A stretch of 52,243 nucleotides of DNA from Actinomycetes bacterium (GTDB lineage: Bacteria > Actinomycetota > Actinomycetes > Nanopelagicales > Nanopelagicaceae): positions 1 through 52,243 of the forward strand of contig JBAXPH010000001.1 of the NCBI GenBank assembly GCA_037132355.1, written 5' to 3'. Shown here piece by piece: positions 28,084 to 37,805 of the stretch. The translations under genes and the position numbers were made by a program. Under the pieces are notes generated by a model that saw only the letters and a list, made by a program, of their open reading frames with translations, made no database searches and was not told where the DNA came from. Within the stretch, counting starts at the first letter, position 1; every line of letters begins with the position of its first letter.

Positions 28084-30759
28084 ATGCCAGCATTTGTAGA
28101 CAAGATTTTGCGTGCAGGCGAAGGACGCATCCTTCGTGATCTGAGCAAGATTGTTGCCTTAGTTAATGCTCAAGAAGCTCGCTTTGTTGCGATGTCTGAT
28201 TCCGAACTCCGCAATCAAACTGAAATTTTCCAGAATCGGTTTGCACAAGGCGAATCACTTGATGATTTGATGCCAGAAGCATTTGCTGTCGTGCGCGAAG
28301 CTGCGAAGCGAACACTTGGACAACGTCACTATGACGTACAGATTATGGGTGGTGCAGCACTGCACAAGGGCAACATCGCTGAAATGCGTACTGGTGAAGG
28401 TAAGACTTTGGTTTCCACTCTACCTTCGTATCTCAACGCCCTTGCTGGTCGCGGCGTGCATGTTGTAACTACTAATGATTACTTGGCAGAACGCGATAGC
28501 GAATGGATGGGACGTGTCCACCGTTTCCTCGGCTTAAAGGTTGATGTAATTCTTGCAAACATGACACCGGCTGAACGTCGACAGGCTTATCTTGCTGACA
28601 TCACTTATGGAACTAACAATGAATTCGGTTTTGATTATCTTCGCGACAACATGGCTTGGTCACTTGAAGAGTGCGTACAGCGCGAACATTTCTTTGCAGT
28701 AGTTGATGAAGTCGACTCGATTTTGATTGATGAAGCACGCACACCATTGATCATCAGCGGACCTGCTGATAAGGCAACAAAATGGTACGTAGAGTTTGCA
28801 AAGCTAGTTAACAACTTACAAAGAGATGTTCACTACGAAGTAGATGAAAAGAAAAAGACCTGTGGAATTATTGAAGAAGGTGTAACAAAGGTTGAGGAAA
28901 TGCTTCAAATTGGCAACCTCTATGAAGCGGCAAATACACCAATGATTGGCTACCTCAACAATGCTATCCGCGCAAAGGAGCTCTTTAAGCGCGACAAAGA
29001 TTATGTTGTAATGAATGGTGAACTTTTAATCGTTGATGAGCACACTGGCCGCATGTTGGCTGGACGTCGCTATAGCGAGGGATTACACCAAGCTCTTGAA
29101 GCTAAAGAGCGCATTGAAATTAAGGATGAAAATCAGACTCTTGCAACGATTACATTGCAGAATTATTTCCGTTTATATTCAAAGATTTCAGGTATGACGG
29201 GAACTGCTTCAACAGAAGCATCAGAATTCCATCAGATTTATAAGCTCGGCGTAGTTCCAATTCCTACTAACCGTGAAATGCAACGTATTGATTCAGCTGA
29301 CTTGGTGTACAAGACAGAGGTTGGGAAATTTGCTGCTGTAACAGCGGACATTGTTGAGCGTCACCGCAAAGGACAACCAGTATTGGTTGGTACCGTCAGC
29401 GTGGAAAAGTCAGAAGAACTTTCTGCTTTCTTGCGTAAATCAGGTGTACCTCACGAAGTGCTAAACGCTAAACACCACGAACGTGAAGCTGCGATCATCG
29501 CTCGCGCAGGTGTTCGTGGGGCAGTGACTGTTGCAACCAACATGGCTGGTCGCGGTACAGACATCATGCTTGGTGGAAACCCTGAATTTATGGCCGACTT
29601 CGAATTGCAACGTCGTGGAATTTCTCCAGTTGATAATGCTGAAGAGTATGAAAAAGAATGGCCAGCAGAGATTGCCCGTCAAAAAGCTGCAGTTGAAAAG
29701 GGTCATGAAGAAGTTGTTGGCTTAGGTGGGCTTTACGTTCTCGGAACAGAACGCCACGAATCACGCCGTATCGATAATCAGCTACGAGGTCGTTCAGGCC
29801 GCCAAGGCGATCCAGGTGAGTCACGTTTCTACTTGTCATTACAAGATGATCTGATGCGTCGTTTCAATTCAGGAATGGTTGAACGTTTCTTAACTGCTGC
29901 AGGACTTCCTGACGATGCACCAATTGAATCGAAGATGGTTTCAAATGCTATTCGATCTGCGCAAACCCAGGTCGAAGCTCAAAACTTTGAGATGCGTAAG
30001 AATGTTTTGAAGTATGACGATGTGATGAACCGCCAACGTACAGTTGTTTATGGAGAACGACGTCTGGTTCTAGAAGGCGCAGATATTAAGGATCAGGTCG
30101 CTGGTTTTGTGTCAGATACCTTGACTGCCTACGTTCATGCTGCAACTGCCAATGGGTATGCAGAGGATTGGGATCTAGAAACTCTCTTCACCGCGCTTAA
30201 AACTATTTTCCCAATCTCATTTACGATCGATGATTTAGTTGCAGAGGTTGGTTCTCTAGCCGGACTGGATGCAGAGTTCTTGGCTGCTCGAGTTGTTGAG
30301 GATTGCAAGGCTGCGTATGCAAAGCGTGAAGAGTCACTAGGCGAAGAAGTAATGCGCGAATTAGAGCGCAAGGTCTTGCTATCTGTTCTAGATCGTAAAT
30401 GGCGTGAACACCTATATGAAATGGATTACCTACAAGAAGGTATTGGGCTACGCGCAATGGCCCAGCGCGATCCACTTGTTGAGTATCAAAAAGAAGGTTT
30501 CGATCTATTCGCAGCGATGATGGATGCAATCAAAGAAGAGATTGCTGGCTTCTTGTTCAACATCGAAGTCACCGTTGAAAGTTCAAATAATGAAGTCGTT
30601 GCTCCAGGTCTTGAAGCGAAACAACTTCCAGCAACTGGGCTGCAGTACACGGCGGCCGATGAATCTGGCGTACGCACGACTGGTGATGTTTCTCGAAACG
30701 CTCCGTGTCCTTGCGGTTCAGGCAAGAAGTACAAGCGTTGCCACGGTGGAGCTGCTTAA
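28084..30759 (+). CDS. secA: Preprotein translocase SecA
   Basis: [38 protein letters not shown]-terminal [13 protein letters not shown]. Confidence 0.98.
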   Translation: MPAFVDKILRAGEGRILRDLSKIVALVNAQEARFVAMSDSELRNQTEIFQNRFAQGESLDDLMPEAFAVVREAAKRTLGQRHYDVQIMGGAALHKGNIAEMRTGEGKTLVSTLPSYLNALAGRGVHVVTTNDYLAERDSEWMGRVHRFLGLKVDVILANMTPAERRQAYLADITYGTNNEFGFDYLRDNMAWSLEECVQREHFFAVVDEVDSILIDEARTPLIISGPADKATKWYVEFAKLVNNLQRDVHYEVDEKKKTCGIIEEGVTKVEEMLQIGNLYEAANTPMIGYLNNAIRAKELFKRDKDYVVMNGELLIVDEHTGRMLAGRRYSEGLHQALEAKERIEIKDENQTLATITLQNYFRLYSKISGMTGTASTEASEFHQIYKLGVVPIPTNREMQRIDSADLVYKTEVGKFAAVTADIVERHRKGQPVLVGTVSVEKSEELSAFLRKSGVPHEVLNAKHHEREAAIIARAGVRGAVTVATNMAGRGTDIMLGGNPEFMADFELQRRGISPVDNAEEYEKEWPAEIARQKAAVEKGHEEVVGLGGLYVLGTERHESRRIDNQLRGRSGRQGDPGESRFYLSLQDDLMRRFNSGMVERFLTAAGLPDDAPIESKMVSNAIRSAQTQVEAQNFEMRKNVLKYDDVMNRQRTVVYGERRLVLEGADIKDQVAGFVSDTLTAYVHAATANGYAEDWDLETLFTALKTIFPISFTIDDLVAEVGSLAGLDAEFLAARVVEDCKAAYAKREESLGEEVMRELERKVLLSVLDRKWREHLYEMDYLQEGIGLRAMAQRDPLVEYQKEGFDLFAAMMDAIKEEIAGFLFNIEVTVESSNNEVVAPGLEAKQLPATGLQYTAADESGVRTTGDVSRNAPCPCGSGKKYKRCHGGAA

Positions 30760-30760
30760 C

Positions 30761-31288
30761 TTAAATTAAAGTTAGAGCAGTACATAACCAACGTCCATCT
30801 AGACCTTCAAACCTGATTGCGACCGCACGCAACCTGTCTCCGTAACGAACCATGACAGTTGCTTCGCAAATGCCGTCCAATGGTTGAGTTACTTTAATTC
30901 TTCTAATTCTGCCAACATCTTTTTGGTGCCCCGAGTTCCTATGCAATTCAGCAAAAATTAGGTGATGACACATTGCCTGTACTTGGGATGCAGATCGACG
31001 ACCAGCCCAAATTTCTACAACGTTGTGAATGAATTGAAATACTAAATCATTAATTTCCGGTAAGTCTGCAGCTGATGTTGGCTCGGGGGCAAACTCGGCA
31101 TCGTATTCCTCGCCAAATGTTGATGCGACTAAATAAAGGCGAGGTTTTTGAATTGGTAGTGCTGGCAACACTGGACGAAACATTTCAAGTACTAGATGTT
31201 GCCAATCTTCATTGAGGTCACTTGAAATCGGTGATAAATCAATAGTTGCAAATGAGGGCTGCTGGCTGTATTCGAGTTCTGTTGTCAT
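30761..31288 (-). CDS. Rv3235 family protein
   Basis: EIWAGRRSASQV...RLRAVAIRFEG...WLCTAL; convergent with secA. Confidence 0.85.
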   Translation of the reverse strand: MTTELEYSQQPSFATIDLSPISSDLNEDWQHLVLEMFRPVLPALPIQKPRLYLVASTFGEEYDAEFAPEPTSAADLPEINDLVFQFIHNVVEIWAGRRSASQVQAMCHHLIFAELHRNSGHQKDVGRIRRIKVTQPLDGICEATVMVRYGDRLRAVAIRFEGLDGRWLCTALTLI

Positions 31289-31345
31289 GGACTGACAATT
31301 GCTTGACATGCACACACATACCTCAGCCTTAAGGATGGATCAGTC

Positions 31346-31371
31346 TGGTACTTAAGTACCACTGTGGATAA
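31346..31371. promoter_or_regulatory. Perfect 16-bp palindrome next to a consensus DnaA box
   Basis: TGGTACTTAAGTACCA at 31346-31361; TGTGGATAA at 31363-31371 (reverse complement TTATCCACA). Confidence 0.5.
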
Positions 31372-31401
31372 CGAGCTAGAAGGTGTCAGCTATGCAGTTG
31401 A

Positions 31402-32010
31402 GTGGCGCCTATGACCAACAATAAGAAAACTCGAACCACCCGGCTTCCACTAGCAATAACACTTATTGCAGCAGCCTTTGTCTCAGCTTTCCTAATCGCA
31501 ACTTTTTCAAATAAGAGCTCTGATTATTGGGTGATAAACGGACCTGTTTTGCCAGGTCACCAGATAGCAGCGTCAGATGTTTCAGTTGCTCATTTGAACT
31601 TGGATTCAAGTGCGCAGATCTATCTGAGCAATAAAGTTGAACCAATTGGAATGGTTGCAACGCGAATTTTGCATGCTGGCGAAATCATCGGAAGTACGGA
31701 TTTAACTTCATCCACCGATGCGATGTCGACTAGTGCGGTACCTATCAGTGTTCGTTCCGTTGATGTGGCAACTGGTTTAGGTGTTGGCGAAGATGTGGAC
31801 ATTTACTGGGTACTAGACACTCAAAGCGGTGATTCTGCGATTACACCGATCCTAATTCTTGGGGGAGTAACACTATTGAGTTATGACAATGGTGGCAAAA
31901 ATTTTGGTAACGATGTTGGCTTATCTTTGGCCGTTGAAGAAACACAAGTACTACGACTTTTAAGTGCAACAACACAGGGCCGATTAGTGGTGATCCGATC
32001 ACATGTCTGA
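31402..32010 (+). CDS. SAF-domain / CpaB-like membrane-anchored protein
   Basis: N-terminal TM, PGHQIAASDV...GMVATRILHAGEII, GEDVDIY; start may be 31411. Confidence 0.7.
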   Translation: MAPMTNNKKTRTTRLPLAITLIAAAFVSAFLIATFSNKSSDYWVINGPVLPGHQIAASDVSVAHLNLDSSAQIYLSNKVEPIGMVATRILHAGEIIGSTDLTSSTDAMSTSAVPISVRSVDVATGLGVGEDVDIYWVLDTQSGDSAITPILILGGVTLLSYDNGGKNFGNDVGLSLAVEETQVLRLLSATTQGRLVVIRSHV

Positions 32011-33103
32011 GCTAGAAATGCCAATGGTCATTACCGCGATTTCATCCTCTGAAACTGAAGGATTTATTGCCGGAACATTATTTGCTCAGGGTTGGAGCGT
32101 TGTTTTCCGTGCGATCGATTGGGATTCCCTAGAACGTTTTCTTGATTCAAATCATGATGTGGCCCTAGGGTCACTTTTGTTATTTGGATCTGACCTACCG
32201 GGTATTTCAAAGGCAAAAATTGATTCGATCAGTACAAAGATTCGTCAAACGATTGGTTTTAGCATTGATCAACAGGTAGATAGCGAACTTATTGGGCTGC
32301 ATGCAGTTCCACAGTCAACAACGGATCTAGTGAGCTTAGTTCGGGGTTTTGTTCGCACGCCCATGATGCGCGGGCTTAGCACGCCACAACGCGTCTTGCG
32401 CAAAGCCCGTGTAATTGCTGTTGGCTCAGCCGGCAGCTATACCGGTTGTACAACAGTGGCAATGAACATCGCAATGGAGTTAAGCATTCTTGAAAAATCA
32501 ACATTGCTGATTGAAGGAAATTATCGAGCTCCTTCGATCGCGGCCTATCTGGCAATGAGAAATATCAGCAGCGATACAGACTGGAAAAGCATTGCTCCAC
32601 AATTGTCATTGACTGAAATAATTCAGGAACAAGCAGGAAAAGTAGATGAATTTATGGAACGTGCCGCGTCCGAATTTGAGTTCATCATCGTAGATTTAGG
32701 ATCAATTTCAGGGCTATCAAATCGATTAACTGATCGCCGGTGGACATCAACGATGACCACTTGGTGTTGTGATCAAGCAGATGAGTTGATGATTATTTCT
32801 AGAGCAGATCAACTAGGACTTCATCGATTTACCCAGGTTGTAGATCTTCTGCAGAGTACCTCTGTGCGCGCCAGTCTAAGTTTTGTGATGAATATGAAGT
32901 CTCCGGGCAAGCGAGGCGAAAGCGAAGAAGCAAAGTTCTTGAGCTGTGCAACTGCACTAAAGCCGATTCGAATCAGAAGCATCGTTAAGGACTCTCGAGC
33001 AGTTGTAGCCGCTGAGGATGAGCATGCGACCTTGGTAGAGATTAATGAGCGCTCAAATGTGCGTAAATCGATCGCTGAATTGGCCCGTGAATTAAAAAGT
33101 TGA
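32003..33103 (+). CDS. CpaE/MinD-like P-loop protein with a receiver-like N-domain
   Basis: RVIAVGSAGSYTGCTTVAMNIA (degenerate Walker A), EFIIVDLG; overlaps the SAF gene. Confidence 0.7.
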   Translation: MSELEMPMVITAISSSETEGFIAGTLFAQGWSVVFRAIDWDSLERFLDSNHDVALGSLLLFGSDLPGISKAKIDSISTKIRQTIGFSIDQQVDSELIGLHAVPQSTTDLVSLVRGFVRTPMMRGLSTPQRVLRKARVIAVGSAGSYTGCTTVAMNIAMELSILEKSTLLIEGNYRAPSIAAYLAMRNISSDTDWKSIAPQLSLTEIIQEQAGKVDEFMERAASEFEFIIVDLGSISGLSNRLTDRRWTSTMTTWCCDQADELMIISRADQLGLHRFTQVVDLLQSTSVRASLSFVMNMKSPGKRGESEEAKFLSCATALKPIRIRSIVKDSRAVVAAEDEHATLVEINERSNVRKSIAELARELKS

Positions 33104-33122
33104 GATCTATTACTATTGGTCA

Positions 33123-33509
33123 ATGCGTGCATATCTTCCAATTAGCCATAAGGATCTCGAGAGCTTTGTCGTAAACAAAAGCCTTGAGGTCGATGAACTG
33201 TATGCACCAACAATCCATTTTGTTGTTGAAAACCCAGACTGTGATGAAGAAGAGCTCGAGTTTTTACTCTCTGTTGCTGCTGGTGAAGAAGCGCTAGAAC
33301 TTCGATTATCGGAGAAAGCCCCCGGGATTGTTGTAGCCCTTGAAATCGAAAAGGAACACATAGGGGAGCATTACGCACAATCAATAACTCTGACTTCTGC
33401 CTTGCAGTGGGATCAAGTTCAGTGTGCGTTATTAGCATTTCAAGGCGATGACGAATTGGTGTGGTTTGCTACTCAAGAAATCGAACTGCACTTGGCAGAG
33501 TGGAAGTAA
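33123..33509 (+). CDS. DUF6912-like hypothetical protein
   Basis: MRAYLP...DEEELEF...LVWFATQEI. Confidence 0.7.
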   Translation: MRAYLPISHKDLESFVVNKSLEVDELYAPTIHFVVENPDCDEEELEFLLSVAAGEEALELRLSEKAPGIVVALEIEKEHIGEHYAQSITLTSALQWDQVQCALLAFQGDDELVWFATQEIELHLAEWK

Positions 33510-33511
33510 CC

Positions 33512-34981
33512 ATGTTCCAGTTAGATAATCTGCTGGGTGGTAGAACTACCGTAACTATTGATCAATCGCATAGATTGCGAGAACTCGTAGCAGATTGGCA
33601 GTTGCTTTCGGATCTTTCGTTTGCCGATCTGATTCTGTGGGTTCCAATTCGCAAAGATATAAAGCTTTGGCCAAGTGGCCATATTGCAGTGGCGCATATT
33701 CGCCCAACAACCTCGTCTACGGTTTTTATTAATGATGTCATTGGTGATGAAGTTTTGTGGGGAACGCGCCCTAATATTGACGAGGCGCTTTCATCAGGTG
33801 AAATTGTTCGAAACACTGAGCCAGAGCGTATAGGTGAACTACTTATCAAAGAAGAAACAATTCCTGTTTTCTTCCAGGGACAGGTAATTGCTGTTATCTC
33901 GCGCCATCGAAACGCCGAACACATGCGTTCGCCAGGAAAACTAGAGTTGAATTATCGAGAGATTGCAAATCATTTATATCAAATGGTTGCTGAAGGAAAT
34001 TTTCCATACCAATCGGTGGGTTCATTATTTGAACCAGTTCCACGTGTAGGCGACGGACTAATTCGACTTGATGTAAATGGAGCTATTTCTTTTGCAAGCC
34101 CTAACGCGAAATCAGCATTTTCACGCATGGGATGGATTGGAGACCTAGAAGGTCGCAATCTTGGTGAAGTAGCAGAACAAGTTGTCACGGCCTCACCTAA
34201 TGCACATGAAGAAGGTGTTCGCACGCGATTAAATGGTAAGACACTTCGTCGCGTAGAAATTGATAATCAAGGCGCAACAATTGATCTTTTGGTTTTGCCT
34301 TTGATTCAGGGCGCAGATCGAATTGGTTCAATTGTGCTTTTGCAAAACGTTACTGAGCTTCGCCGACGTGATCGCGAGCTCGTTACAAAAGATGCAACGA
34401 TCCGCGAAATCCATCATCGGGTTAAAAATAATCTTCAGACAGTATCGGCGCTCCTGCGACTGCAGTCCCGTCGGATTGATGATCCAGCAGCGGCAGCGGC
34501 ACTTGATGAAGCTGTTCGACGTATCGCCTCTATTGCACTGGTTCACGAAACTCTTTCAAATAGCACTGAAAATACAGTTGCCTTCGATGAAGTTCTGACT
34601 TCATTAGTGACTCATGCCTTAGAGCTAAGTCCTCGAATGGGCCAGTTGAGTATCGAGCGAGTAGGACAGCTCGGTTCGCTTGAATCCAGAATTGCTACAC
34701 CTTTATCGTTAGTAGTAACCGAATTAATGCACAACGCTTTGGAACATGGCCTGCACGAATCTGGAACACGGTTAACGATTGAATTACAACGCTATAGCAA
34801 TGAATGTGTCATTACCATTTCCGATGATGGAGTTGGATTGCCAGAAGGATTTGATCTATCAACATCATCGAATCTAGGTCTACAAATCGTGCGCACGCTT
34901 ACGGAAAATGAATTAAAAGGTGAATTGAAATTGGAATCTACACACCAAGGAACGCACGCAAAGTTGCGCTTCCCACTTTAA
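33512..34981 (+). CDS. pdtaS: Cytoplasmic sensor histidine kinase PdtaS
   Basis: WQLLSDLSFADL, PRVGDG, EIHHRVKNNLQ, LGLQIV; convergent with whiB1. Confidence 0.9.
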   Translation: MFQLDNLLGGRTTVTIDQSHRLRELVADWQLLSDLSFADLILWVPIRKDIKLWPSGHIAVAHIRPTTSSTVFINDVIGDEVLWGTRPNIDEALSSGEIVRNTEPERIGELLIKEETIPVFFQGQVIAVISRHRNAEHMRSPGKLELNYREIANHLYQMVAEGNFPYQSVGSLFEPVPRVGDGLIRLDVNGAISFASPNAKSAFSRMGWIGDLEGRNLGEVAEQVVTASPNAHEEGVRTRLNGKTLRRVEIDNQGATIDLLVLPLIQGADRIGSIVLLQNVTELRRRDRELVTKDATIREIHHRVKNNLQTVSALLRLQSRRIDDPAAAAALDEAVRRIASIALVHETLSNSTENTVAFDEVLTSLVTHALELSPRMGQLSIERVGQLGSLESRIATPLSLVVTELMHNALEHGLHESGTRLTIELQRYSNECVITISDDGVGLPEGFDLSTSSNLGLQIVRTLTENELKGELKLESTHQGTHAKLRFPL

Positions 34982-35247
34982 ATTTGGTTCTGCTGCTCCA
35001 TTAGACGCGCACGGTTACGTGCTGCACGACGCTTAAGTGCACGACGTTCATCTTCAGATAATCCGCCCCATACGCCAGCATCTTGACCACTCTCAAGTGC
35101 CCACGCCAAGCAAGGCTCTTTAACAATGCAACGGTTGCACACCTTTTTAGCCTCTTCGATTTGAGTAAGGGCTGGACCTGTATTTCCAACAGGGAAGAAA
35201 AGCTCGGGATCTTCATCACGGCAGGCTGATTGATGACGCCAATCCAT
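34978..35247 (-). CDS. whiB1: WhiB1/WblE Fe-S transcription factor, 89 aa
   Basis: MDWRHQSACRDEDPELFFPVGNTGPA...GQDAGVWGGLSEDERRALKRR; AAGGAG RBS. Confidence 0.95.
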   Translation of the reverse strand: MDWRHQSACRDEDPELFFPVGNTGPALTQIEEAKKVCNRCIVKEPCLAWALESGQDAGVWGGLSEDERRALKRRAARNRARLMEQQNQI

Positions 35248-35385
35248 TGCATGTCTCCTTAGGGAAGTACGACTTTTTGAAAAGTTACGTTGTGTTAATA
35301 CACACAGTTGTGCGTGCAAGGTCTTAATTGTCCATGCTGGAGCGTCGTTATACAAGGATGTACGCAAAGAGTTTTTGGAAATATG

Positions 35386-35401
35386 AGTGATGTACCTCAA
35401 G
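35386..35401. promoter_or_regulatory. Putative CRP/GlxR site upstream of whiB1
   Basis: AGTGA-TGTACC-TCAAG resembles TGTGA-N6-TCACA; whiB1 is CRP-regulated in mycobacteria. Confidence 0.45.
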
Positions 35402-35403
35402 TG

Positions 35404-35475
35404 TGCCCCCGACAGGAATCGAACCTGTGCACCTGCCTCCGGAGGGCAGTGCTCTATCCCCTGAGCTACGGGGGC
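35404..35475 (-). tRNA. tRNA-Arg(CCG)
   Basis: GCCCCCGTAGCTCAGGGGATAGAGCA-CTGCC-CTCCGGA-GGCAG-GTGCACAGGTTCGATTCCTGTCGGGGGCA; CCA not encoded. Confidence 0.97.
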
Positions 35476-35540
35476 TCGTGGGTTTGAACGCAAGGTTATC
35501 AGCGGGTGCGAATATGTCTGCATACTGCAAGAATTCACGC

Positions 35541-36065
35541 ATGAGATCAACGGCTTACTTCGCAACTGGATGTTTCTGGGGAGCAGAACGTCGCTTCTGG
35601 CAAATGGATGGAGTTCTTGAAACAAGCGTTGGCTACATGGGTGGCACCCGACCTAATCCATCATATGAACAAGTGTGCACCGGTGTTACAGGCCATGCTG
35701 AAATGGTCAAGGTCGTATTTGATGAAACCGTGGTTTCATACCAACGTTTACTAGAAGAGTTTTGGACAATGCATGATCCAACTTCTTTGAACAAACAAGG
35801 TGGAGATATTGGAACTCAGTATCGGAGCGCTATTTTTACTACTACTAATGATCAGATGGACACTGCGCTTGCGTCACGAGCAACGTATCAGTCTGTGTTA
35901 ACTGCAGCTGGACTAGATGAAATCTGCACCGAAATTCTTAGTGCAGATGGTGTGGAATATTTTGAAGCTGAGGATTATCACCAAAAGTACTTACAGAAAA
36001 ACCCCAATGGATATGACTGTCATTCAAGCACAGGAATTGCTTACCCAGCCGCAATAAAAAATTAA
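35541..36065 (+). CDS. msrA: Peptide-methionine (S)-S-oxide reductase
   Basis: GCFWG, GYMGG, YEQVC, GTQYRS, AEDYHQKYL. Confidence 0.96.
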   Translation: MRSTAYFATGCFWGAERRFWQMDGVLETSVGYMGGTRPNPSYEQVCTGVTGHAEMVKVVFDETVVSYQRLLEEFWTMHDPTSLNKQGGDIGTQYRSAIFTTTNDQMDTALASRATYQSVLTAAGLDEICTEILSADGVEYFEAEDYHQKYLQKNPNGYDCHSSTGIAYPAAIKN

Positions 36066-36656
36066 TTACAGCGAAAAGGTTGGGTATTCATCCGTCACAA
36101 AAATTATGGCATACCCAACAACCCGGTTCCAGTAGGCAATAACTCCAACAATTCCTTCAGCACAAAACTCGGGGAAATTGCCCGTAAGCAAAATGCTGAT
36201 CCAGGCAAACAAAGTTAAAAATGCTGCGTAGATAATGTATGCGATTCCAACAACATACAAAGGAATTGCTAAAAACCATTTAACCAGAGGCAACCAACGG
36301 TTTAGTGCTTTGGCATCTACTTCTGGAAAGGTCACGCTGACTACATCATTTTCTTCGATTGAAGGGTATTCATCCGTTAGCAACAAAACGTAAGCATCTA
36401 CGCGAGTTTGCAGAGATAGAAGTGCTTCATTGAAAGCTAACAAATAGCTGGGATAGATCTGGCGAAAAACAATGGCAAGGGCAACCGGCAGAATCAAAAG
36501 CCCCACCGACCAACTATCGGTGTTGTTAGACCACGATGGTGCGAAGGAGGCGACAAAGATGGCCATCGGGACAACTAGGACTAAGCGGAAAAATGCGGTT
36601 AGGCGATTGCGCTCGGTCAGGGTTACATCGATCTGGGTTTCAATTTGGTTGCTCAT
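36066..36656 (-). CDS. DUF4389 membrane protein
   Basis: Duplicated unit NRLTAFFRLVLVVP...TDEYP / NRWLPLVKWFLAIP...TDEYPTFSL. Confidence 0.85.
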   Translation of the reverse strand: MSNQIETQIDVTLTERNRLTAFFRLVLVVPMAIFVASFAPSWSNNTDSWSVGLLILPVALAIVFRQIYPSYLLAFNEALLSLQTRVDAYVLLLTDEYPSIEENDVVSVTFPEVDAKALNRWLPLVKWFLAIPLYVVGIAYIIYAAFLTLFAWISILLTGNFPEFCAEGIVGVIAYWNRVVGYAIIFVTDEYPTFSL

Positions 36657-36770
36657 GCTTACCAATGTACCCCTATTTCACGCACGAAATTGCTTATTAC
36701 AGGTTTCTTGTCATACTTTTGCAGTTCTTGCAGAAATTTTTGCAGTGTTTGCTTACGGGGAGGTGATTAC

Positions 36771-37790
36771 ATGGCAGGGATTAAGGAAGTTGCAGAAGAA
36801 GCAGGAGTTTCAACTGCAACGGTATCTCGCGCATTGCGCGGCCTCCATCATGTGAATCAGCAAACCCGCGAAAAGATTATTGCCGCAGCTGAAAAATTGA
36901 ATTACCCATTAATTTCGGATCGCCAAAACGTTGTCGGAGGTCGGACAAATGCGGTCGGCGTTGTGGCTCCCTATATTTCTAGATGGTATTTCTCGCAGGT
37001 AATTAGCGGGGCAGAACAAGCTCTTCGTGAAGCGGGCCTAGATTTACTGCTTTACAACTTTTCACAAATGAAAGGTCGCGAGCGACTTTTTCAGCACCAA
37101 TTATTAAAGGGTCGAGTCGATGCATTGATTGTTATTTCATTGCCACCAACTGAAGAAGAGTTTGATTCGATTCTTAGTCTTGGTGTTCCAATCGCCCTAG
37201 TTGGTATGGACCATGCAAAGTGTGCCTCAATTAAAATTGATGATGTTGCAGCGGCAAAAACAGCCACCCAGCACCTTGTAAATCAAGGTCATAAGAAGAT
37301 CGGTTTAATGTCAGGTCGACCTGATGACCCATTTAACTTCAGTGTTCCGCAAGATCGCCGAAAAGGTTTCATGCAAGCATTGGCCGAAAGTGGCCTCGAA
37401 TGGCTACCTTCACGCGAAGTCCACGGAGACTTCACAATGCATACCGCATCCCGTGCGATGGATGATTTATTAGCGCGTCCTAATAGACCAACTGCAATCT
37501 TTTGCGAATCAGATGAAATGGCAATGGGTGCAATGCAGGCGTTACGTCGCCACGGTTTAAAAGCTCCAGATGACATTTCGATTATCGGTTTTGATGGCCA
37601 TGAGATGGCTGAATTTTCTGAACTTACAACAATTGAACAACCCGTGACGTTGATGGGCGAAATGGCTGCCTGGTCAATCATGGAGCGTCTGCGTAAACCA
37701 ACAATAGATCCGCCGTCATTAGTCCTGCCAACAACCCTTGTTGTGCGTAATTCAACCCGCCGATTAACTCCCGAAGAACAAGCCTTCTGA
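36771..37790 (+). CDS. LacI family regulator (AglR-like)
   Basis: IKEVAEEAGVSTATVSRAL HTH, PTAIFCESDEMAMG, SIIGFD; GGAGG RBS. Confidence 0.93.
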   Translation: MAGIKEVAEEAGVSTATVSRALRGLHHVNQQTREKIIAAAEKLNYPLISDRQNVVGGRTNAVGVVAPYISRWYFSQVISGAEQALREAGLDLLLYNFSQMKGRERLFQHQLLKGRVDALIVISLPPTEEEFDSILSLGVPIALVGMDHAKCASIKIDDVAAAKTATQHLVNQGHKKIGLMSGRPDDPFNFSVPQDRRKGFMQALAESGLEWLPSREVHGDFTMHTASRAMDDLLARPNRPTAIFCESDEMAMGAMQALRRHGLKAPDDISIIGFDGHEMAEFSELTTIEQPVTLMGEMAAWSIMERLRKPTIDPPSLVLPTTLVVRNSTRRLTPEEQAF

Positions 37791-37805
37791 GGTAGCCTTG
37801 CCGGC

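Noticed and set aside
31363-31371. oriC
   Set aside because: Only one perfect DnaA box; no dnaA/dnaN and no box cluster.
35404-35475. tRNA-anchored integrative element or prophage
   Set aside because: No integrase, phage genes or att duplication seen in the window.
35403-35540. N-terminal extension of msrA (MPPTGIEPVHLPPEGSALSPELRG)
   Set aside because: This is the antisense translation of tRNA-Arg.
34978-35625. 215-aa ORF-track version of whiB1
   Set aside because: The extension runs through the tRNA; the real start is MDWRH at 35247 with an AAGGAG RBS.
36645-36770. Extended LacI N-terminus
   Set aside because: The HTH starts at MAGIKEVA (36771) directly after a GGAGG RBS.
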